Source: a virus
Taxonomy: Duplodnaviria; Heunggongvirae; Uroviricota; Caudoviricetes
DNA: 3,593 bases
Virus record (IMG/VR): IMGVR_UViG_2737471853_000013
Span: 1-3,593 of that record
Reading direction: 5' to 3' (one strand)
Of this stretch, positions 1 through 3,593 are shown piece by piece. The notes under the pieces were generated by a model, which had not been told where the DNA came from, searched no databases, and worked only from the letters and a program-made list of their open reading frames with translations. Made by a program: the position numbers and the translations under genes. Each line of letters begins with the position of its first letter. Position 1 is the first letter of the stretch.

Positions 1-681
1 ATGACACCGGACATTATCCTGCAGCGTACCGGGATCGACGTGAGAGCTGTCGAACAGGGGGATGATGCATGGCACAAATTACGGCTCGGCGTCATCACCG
101 CTTCAGAAGTTCACAACGTGATAGCAAAGCCCCGCTCAGGAAAGAAGTGGCCTGACATGAAAATGTCCTACTTCCACACCCTGCTGGCTGAGGTTTGCAC
201 CGGTGTGGCTCCGGAAGTTAATGCTAAGGCGCTGGCCTGGGGAAAACAGTACGAGAACGACGCCAGAACCCTGTTTGAATTCACTTCCGGCGTGAATGTT
301 ACTGAATCCCCGATCATCTATCGCGACGAAAGTATGCGCACCGCCTGCTCTCCCGATGGTTTATGCAGTGATGGCAACGGCCTTGAACTGAAATGCCCGT
401 TTACCTCCCGGGATTTCATGAAGTTCCGGCTCGGTGGTTTCGAGGCCATAAAGTCGGCTTACATGGCCCAGGTGCAGTACAGCATGTGGGTGACGCGAAA
501 AGATGCCTGGTACTTTGCCAACTATGACCCGCGTATGAAGCGTGAAGGCCTGCATTATGTCGTGGTTGAGCGGGATGAAAAGTACATAGCGAGTTTTGAC
601 GAGATGGTGCCGGAGTTCATCGAAAAAATGGACGAGGCACTGGCTGAAATTGGTTTTGTATTTGGGGAGCAATGGCGATGA
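1..681 (+). CDS. exo: Lambda-type 5'-3' dsDNA exonuclease (Red-alpha / Exo), 226 aa
   Basis: Full-length ORF starting at window position 1 with ATG. The 226-aa translation matches the phage lambda Exo sequence as I recall it along its whole length ([31 protein letters not shown]...[15 protein letters not shown]), with the same length. The stop overlaps the next start in ATGA, as in lambda. Not confirmed by a search. Confidence 0.95.
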   Translation: MTPDIILQRTGIDVRAVEQGDDAWHKLRLGVITASEVHNVIAKPRSGKKWPDMKMSYFHTLLAEVCTGVAPEVNAKALAWGKQYENDARTLFEFTSGVNVTESPIIYRDESMRTACSPDGLCSDGNGLELKCPFTSRDFMKFRLGGFEAIKSAYMAQVQYSMWVTRKDAWYFANYDPRMKREGLHYVVVERDEKYIASFDEMVPEFIEKMDEALAEIGFVFGEQWR

Positions 682-860
682 CGCATCCTCACGATAATAT
701 CCGGGTAGGCGCGATTACTTTCGTCTACTCCGTTACAAAGCGAGGCTGGGTATTTCCCGGCCTTTCTGTTATCCGAAATCCACTGAAAGCACAGCGGCTG
801 GCTGAGGAGATAAATAATAAACGAGGGGCTGTATGCACAAAGCATCTCCTGTTGAGTTAA
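678..860 (+). CDS. orf60a: Small lambdoid early-region protein, lambda orf60a-like (60 aa from ATG 678; alternative ATG at 672 gives 62 aa)
   Basis: ORF immediately after exo. ATG 678 overlaps the exo TGA stop (ATGA, 4-nt overlap), reproducing the lambda exo/orf60a junction and the 60-aa length as I recall them. No functional knowledge. Confidence 0.7.
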   Translation: MTHPHDNIRVGAITFVYSVTKRGWVFPGLSVIRNPLKAQRLAEEINNKRGAVCTKHLLLS

Positions 861-1024
861 GAACGAGTATCGAGATGGCACATAGCCTCGCTCAAATTGG
901 AGTCAGGTTTGTGCCAATACCAGTAGAAACAGACGAAGAATTTCATACGTTAGCCGCATCCCTTTCACAAAAGCTGGAAATGATGGTGGCGAAAGCAGAA
1001 GCAGATGAGAGAGACCAGGTATGA
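833..1024 (+). CDS. orf63: Small lambdoid early-region protein, lambda orf63-like, 63 aa
   Basis: 192-nt ORF overlapping the previous gene by 28 nt in a different frame. Length and position match lambda orf63 as I recall the lambda map. Acidic C-terminal half (ETDEEFH...KAEADERDQV). Confidence 0.7.
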   Translation: MHKASPVELRTSIEMAHSLAQIGVRFVPIPVETDEEFHTLAASLSQKLEMMVAKAEADERDQV

Positions 1025-1316
1025 CAACCACGGAATGCATTTTTCTGGCAGCGGGCTTCATATTTTGTGTGCTTATGCTTGCCGACATGGGACTTGTTCA
1101 ATGACACCTCAGCAAGAAAACGCCCTTCGCAGCATTGCCCGTCTGGCTAACTCTGAAATCAAAAAAGCCAGACAGCAGTTTCCGGATAAAAACGTCGATG
1201 ACATTTGCCGTAGCGTACTGAAGAAGCACCGCGAAACGGTAACGCTGATGGGATTCACACCGACTCATTTAAGTCTGGCGATCGGCATGTTAAACGGCGT
1301 CTTTAAGGAGCGATGA
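1005..1316 (+). CDS. Small lambdoid early-region protein, orf61-like position; 103 aa from ATG 1005 (in-frame alternative starts at 1035 and 1101)
   Basis: ORF whose ATG at 1005 overlaps the orf63-like stop by 20 nt, the same overlap I recall for lambda orf63/orf61. A GAGAGAGA purine run lies upstream of 1005. The product is longer than lambda's 61 aa, so the start or the C-terminal region is uncertain. Its stop overlaps a strong AAGGAG motif. Confidence 0.55.
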   Translation: MRETRYDNHGMHFSGSGLHILCAYACRHGTCSMTPQQENALRSIARLANSEIKKARQQFPDKNVDDICRSVLKKHRETVTLMGFTPTHLSLAIGMLNGVFKER

Positions 1317-1337
1317 ACATGAAAAGCAAAATCATCA

Positions 1338-1362
1338 GGGAGCTACAGGCTCCTTTTTTATT
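1338..1362 (+). terminator. Intrinsic-terminator-like hairpin (GGAGC / 5-nt loop / GCTCC) followed by TTTTTTATT
   Basis: Seen in sequence: gggagc-tacag-gctcc then a run of six T. It lies inside a 25-codon sORF (1319..1396) and upstream of the TraR-like gene. Confidence 0.45.
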
Positions 1363-1414
1363 GTTCGCATTCACCCTCAAGCGTATTAACCAATAATTCA
1401 GGGATTAATGGAAG

Positions 1415-1636
1415 ATGGCAGACATCATTGATTCAGCATCAGAAATTGAAGAATTACAGCGCAACACAGCAATAAAAATGCGCCGCCTGAACCACCAGGC
1501 TATATCTGCCACTCATTGTTGTGAGTGTGGCGATCCCATAGATGAACGAAGACGCCTGGTCGTTCAGGGTTGTCGGACTTGTGCAAGTTGCCAGGAGGAT
1601 CTGGAGCTTATCAGTAAACAGAGAGGTTCGAAGTGA
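1415..1636 (+). CDS. TraR/DksA-family C4 zinc-finger protein (RNA polymerase secondary-channel regulator family), 73 aa
   Basis: Translation contains the family's C-x2-C ... C-x2-C zinc-finger spacing (CCECGDPIDERRRLVVQGCRTCASC) on a 73-aa scaffold. Lambda carries a 73-aa TraR-like ORF in the same region (my recall). The stop overlaps the next gene's GTG (GTGA). Confidence 0.85.
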   Translation: MADIIDSASEIEELQRNTAIKMRRLNHQAISATHCCECGDPIDERRRLVVQGCRTCASCQEDLELISKQRGSK

Positions 1637-2049
1637 GCGAAATTAACTCTCAGGCACTGCGTGAGGCGGCAGTAGCAATTGAAACAGTAGCAACGCCTCA
1701 AAAATTGCTGGCATTTCGTATGAAAGTCACACCTCAGGTTGTGCTGGCACTGCTGGATGAACGGGAAAGAAACCAGCAATACATCAAACGCCGCGACCAA
1801 GAGAACGAGGATATTGCGTTAACGGTAGGGAAGTTGCGCGTTGAGCTTGAGGCAGAAAAACAGCGGGCAAAGGATCTGTTTATGGAAAATGCTCGGCTTA
1901 AGTCAGGTATAGCCGGTCTGATACACCTCGGTATTCGATATGCAGATGTTGAGGTCATGAGAATTGCTGGAGATGCCCAGCTTTCTACCCCATGCACTGA
2001 CAGCATCATAAACAGCATTGCAACAGGCATTCGCATCAAAGGAGAGTGA
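1633..2049 (+). CDS. ea22: Ea22-like lambdoid early protein, short variant (138 aa), GTG start
   Basis: GTG start at 1633 overlapping the upstream stop, with GAGAGG about 6 nt upstream. The N-terminus (MSEINSQALREAA...LLDERERNQQYIKRRDQENEDIA) and C-terminal ...GIRIKGE resemble lambda Ea22 as I recall it. A predicted coiled-coil-like stretch (LTVGKLRVELEAEKQRAKDLFMENARLK) is present. Shorter than lambda Ea22 (about 182 aa). Confidence 0.65.
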   Translation: MSEINSQALREAAVAIETVATPQKLLAFRMKVTPQVVLALLDERERNQQYIKRRDQENEDIALTVGKLRVELEAEKQRAKDLFMENARLKSGIAGLIHLGIRYADVEVMRIAGDAQLSTPCTDSIINSIATGIRIKGE

Positions 2050-2050
2050 T

Positions 2051-2719
2051 ATGAGCGCTATAACCAAAGAACGTATCAAATTATTCATTAAAAATCCGCT
2101 TGATAACGGACTTACTCGTGGCGAACAAATGGAACTGGCACGAATTGCACTGGCATCACTGGAACGCGAACAGATTCGCCACGAGCATGCCAAATGGTCT
2201 GACTCCACATTTGGCTGCGTTGGCCCCATTGGTCCGCTGAAACATCTCTCAAAAGAGGCACTGGAAGCCGCAGCCGAACCAGACGATCTTAGCGAGTGGG
2301 CTGATATGCAGTTTCTGTTGTGGGATGCACAGCGCCGTGCTGGCATCAGCGATGCTGAAATTACCGCTGCTATGGAAGATAAATTGAAGATCAACATGGA
2401 GCGCCAGTGGCCTGAGCCAAAAGATGGTGAGCCTCGCTTGCACATTAAAGAACCCGGCAACTATCCGGTAACTCCGGATGGTTGGATAAGCTGTAGTGAG
2501 CGAATGCCAGAAATGGGAGAGCGACAATGCTATGTGTTAGCAGCTGACTTTAAAAACAACTACCCACCAAACATCCCCAACACTCAGGTCGGCGTATATG
2601 GCGACTGGTTTAATGATGGCAATCCAACTTGGGATGACGGTGATGGCGAAGACCTGTATCTCAAAGAGGTAACCCACTGGATGCCTCTACCAGAACCGCC
2701 TCGATTAAAGGAGCTATAA
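2051..2719 (+). CDS. Phage accessory protein: N-terminal MazG-like/DUF550-type predicted dATP/dGTP pyrophosphohydrolase domain fused to a C-terminal DUF551 domain (222 aa from ATG 2051)
   Basis: ATG 2051 lies 6 nt after AGGAG (2040..2044) and 1 nt after the Ea22-like stop; the longer track ORF from 2018 has no ribosome-binding site. The N-terminal half has an all-alpha, acidic-residue-rich pattern (HEHAKWSDSTFG...EALEAAAEPDDLSEWADMQFLLWDAQRR...) typical of MazG/DUF550 NTP-PPase-like phage proteins. The C-terminus ends in the DUF551 hallmark ...VTHWMPLPEPP. Domain calls are from memory of the families. Confidence 0.8.
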   Translation: MSAITKERIKLFIKNPLDNGLTRGEQMELARIALASLEREQIRHEHAKWSDSTFGCVGPIGPLKHLSKEALEAAAEPDDLSEWADMQFLLWDAQRRAGISDAEITAAMEDKLKINMERQWPEPKDGEPRLHIKEPGNYPVTPDGWISCSERMPEMGERQCYVLAADFKNNYPPNIPNTQVGVYGDWFNDGNPTWDDGDGEDLYLKEVTHWMPLPEPPRLKEL

Positions 2720-2815
2720 TAGTGAACTATTATATCTATTTGTATTAAAAGAGTTTTTATAAAATAAATCTTCCAAAGCATGTAAAAACACTGTTAATCT
2801 TAACGTGTGTGAAAC
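2720..2815 (+). promoter_or_regulatory. Very AT-rich intergenic region; candidate promoter and/or nucleoid-protein binding region for the downstream moron gene
   Basis: Hand count gives about 21% G+C over 2721..2800, against roughly 50% in flanking genes. It contains several weak sigma70-like hexamers (for example TTGTAT at 2740 and TATAAAAT at 2758) but no pair with convincing spacing, so the exact promoter is not assigned. Confidence 0.3.
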
Positions 2816-2833
2816 GTGAAGAGAGGTGTTGAA

Positions 2834-3115
2834 ATGAGCATTCATGATTTGTGTGAAGATCAAGAGCAATGGGCTATGCAGACCCTTATGGGATCAGGAG
2901 TTCTTGCAAGGTGCAGAATCCATAACGATGTAATTTTAGACAGCGGAAATGATGCTTCTTCTGCTTATAAATTAGGAACTTACCTATATCAAAAAGATAA
3001 TAGCTGCAACTTATTCAATACTCTTACTGAAGCCCGCGACGCAATAAAGGATGCATATGAATCGTATTGTGGGATCGATGATTGCCCACAATGCTCAAAA
3101 TACATTGACGATTAA
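2834..3115 (+). CDS. ea8.5: Ea8.5-like small Cys/His-rich protein (93 aa), low-GC moron gene
   Basis: ATG 2834 is preceded by AGAGGTG (2822..2828) at 5 nt; the GTG at 2816 used by the track is less likely. Size (93 aa) and position between the Ea22 region and xis match lambda ea8.5 as I recall. Cys/His pattern (C..CRIH...C...YCGIDDCPQC) fits a zinc-binding fold. Hand-counted G+C is about 39%. Confidence 0.6.
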   Translation: MSIHDLCEDQEQWAMQTLMGSGVLARCRIHNDVILDSGNDASSAYKLGTYLYQKDNSCNLFNTLTEARDAIKDAYESYCGIDDCPQCSKYIDD

Positions 3116-3135
3116 TAATATGAACAAGTAACTAT

Positions 3136-3160
3136 CCTCGCACTCGCGGGGATTTCTTTT
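3136..3160 (+). terminator. Intrinsic terminator: 6-bp stem (CCTCGC/GCGGGG, one G-U pair), ACTC tetraloop, then ATTTCTTTT
   Basis: Seen in sequence 20 nt after the Ea8.5-like stop: stem 3136..3141 pairs with 3146..3151, followed by a U-rich tract. Confidence 0.5.
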
Positions 3161-3167
3161 ATCTGAA

Positions 3168-3190
3168 CTCGCTACGGCGGGTTTTGTTTT
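3168..3190 (+). terminator. Second hairpin plus U-tract element (CTCGC/GCGGG stem, then TTTTGTTTT); tandem terminator or structured leader
   Basis: Seen in sequence: 3168..3172 pairs with 3177..3181 (one G-U pair), followed by TTTTGTTTT, immediately upstream of the GGAGA ribosome-binding site of the 55-aa sORF. Confidence 0.35.
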
Positions 3191-3203
3191 ATGGAGATGA
3201 TAA

Positions 3204-3371
3204 ATGCACTTCCGAGTCACAGGTGAATGGAATGGAGAACCATTCAACAGAGTTATCGAAGCAGAGGACATCAACGACTGCTATAACCACTGGATGATAT
3301 GGGCGCAGATAGCGCATGCAGACGTAACCAATATTCGAATTGAAGAACTGAAAGAACACCAAGCCGCCTGA
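3204..3371 (+). CDS. Small hypothetical protein, 55 aa (MHFRVTGEWNGEPFNRVIEAEDINDCYNHWMIWAQIAHADVTNIRIEELKEHQAA)
   Basis: Not in the ORF track (below the size cut-off); found by reading. ATG 3204 has GGAGA (3193..3197) 6 nt upstream. The TGA stop lies in the loop of a strong terminator hairpin. Lambda has a similarly sized unnamed ORF between xis and ea8.5 (my recall, uncertain). Confidence 0.5.
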   Translation: MHFRVTGEWNGEPFNRVIEAEDINDCYNHWMIWAQIAHADVTNIRIEELKEHQAA

Positions 3372-3386
3372 TGGCGGTTTTTTATT
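3362..3386 (+). terminator. Intrinsic terminator: 7-bp stem (AGCCGCC/GGCGGTT), TGAT loop, then a T-run
   Basis: Seen in sequence: 3362..3368 pairs with 3373..3379, loop 3369..3372 contains the sORF stop codon, followed by T-rich 3378..3387. Confidence 0.6.
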
Positions 3387-3401
3387 TCCTGGAGAATTAA
3401 G

Positions 3402-3593
3402 ATGACCGATACCAGCCTGATTCCTGAGAAAGAAGTGATGAACAAGCTCGGTGTTTCATCACGTCAGACAATCTGGAACTATACCAAACGGCACGGATTT
3501 CCGAAGCCAGTCAGAACCCACCCCAAATCATACCTTCGTGAGGCTGTTGAAGGGTGGATTCTTAACGGTGGCGTTAATCAGAAATGCTCCTGA
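3402..3593 (+). CDS. xis: AlpA-family excisionase / phage transcriptional regulator (Xis-like), 63 aa
   Basis: ATG 3402 has GGAGA (3391..3395) 6 nt upstream. The translation has the AlpA/Xis winged-helix pattern (LGVSSRQTIWNYTKRHGFPKPV...REAVEGWI) and the expected position at the int-proximal end of the operon. It is not lambda-type Xis. The ORF is complete, with TGA at the window end. Confidence 0.85.
   Translation: MTDTSLIPEKEVMNKLGVSSRQTIWNYTKRHGFPKPVRTHPKSYLREAVEGWILNGGVNQKCS

Noticed and set aside
361-881. Minus-strand ORFs 361..672 (103 aa) and 555..881 (108 aa)
   Set aside because: Both lie antisense to the very well supported exo and orf60a-like genes, have no ribosome-binding site, and have the composition typical of shadow frames. 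Treated as artefacts.
903-1088. Minus-strand ORF 903..1088 (61 aa)
   Set aside because: Antisense to the orf63- and orf61-like genes, with no start signals; a shadow ORF.
2018-2050. Upstream ATG at 2018 as the start of the DUF550-DUF551 gene (track ORF 2018..2719)
   Set aside because: No ribosome-binding site precedes 2018 and it would overlap the Ea22-like gene by 32 nt, whereas ATG 2051 has a perfect AGGAG at 6 nt and sits 1 nt after the upstream stop. The start was moved to 2051.
1564-2527. Minus-strand ORFs 1564..1800, 1734..2039, 1903..2460 and 2249..2527
   Set aside because: All are antisense to the TraR-like, Ea22-like and DUF550-DUF551 genes, which have ribosome-binding sites, coupling and recognisable motifs. 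The translations are Ser/Ala/Arg-rich low-complexity sequence typical of antisense frames.
2584-2781. Minus-strand ORF 2584..2781 (65 aa) starting in the AT-rich intergenic region
   Set aside because: Most of it is antisense to the conserved DUF551 C-terminus, and it has no convincing ribosome-binding site. Its start lies in AT-rich DNA where chance ATGs are common.
2816-2833. GTG at 2816 as the start of the Ea8.5-like gene
   Set aside because: The purine-rich AGAGGTG ribosome-binding site lies between 2816 and ATG 2834, so it would be inside the coding region if 2816 were used. ATG 2834 gives the expected 93-aa product.
3191-3226. Short 11-codon ORF starting at ATG 3191
   Set aside because: Out of frame with the 55-aa sORF, no ribosome-binding site, and terminates after 11 codons; most likely a chance ATG.
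1-3593. CRISPR arrays, tRNA/rRNA genes, IS elements or inverted-repeat transposon ends
   Set aside because: No spaced direct repeats, no tRNA-like cloverleaf candidates, and no terminal inverted repeats or transposase-like ORFs were seen on visual inspection. The only repeated structures are short terminator hairpins.

Overview
The window reads as the pL-distal (exo-to-xis) segment of a lambda-like (lambdoid) prophage, with every supportable gene on the + strand. In order: lambda-type exonuclease Exo (1..681); three small overlapping ORFs resembling lambda orf60a, orf63 and orf61; a 25-codon sORF with an embedded terminator hairpin; a TraR/DksA-family zinc-finger protein; an Ea22-like protein; a translationally coupled MazG/DUF550-like plus DUF551 fusion protein; an AT-rich island carrying an Ea8.5-like Cys/His-rich small protein between a promoter-like region and a terminator; a 55-aa sORF I found by eye (below the ORF-track cut-off); and an AlpA-family excisionase at the 3' end, so an integrase is expected just downstream. 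I see no rRNA, tRNA, CRISPR array, IS element or long repeat. All minus-strand ORFs in the track sit antisense to well-supported + genes and are treated as artefacts. The best candidates for undescribed biology are the accessory cargo between the Ea22-like and excisionase genes (DUF550-DUF551 protein, the low-GC Ea8.5-like moron, the 55-aa sORF) and the sORF/terminator arrangement ahead of the TraR-like gene. Homology calls rest on my recall of lambda and of domain families, not on a search; no database was queried.
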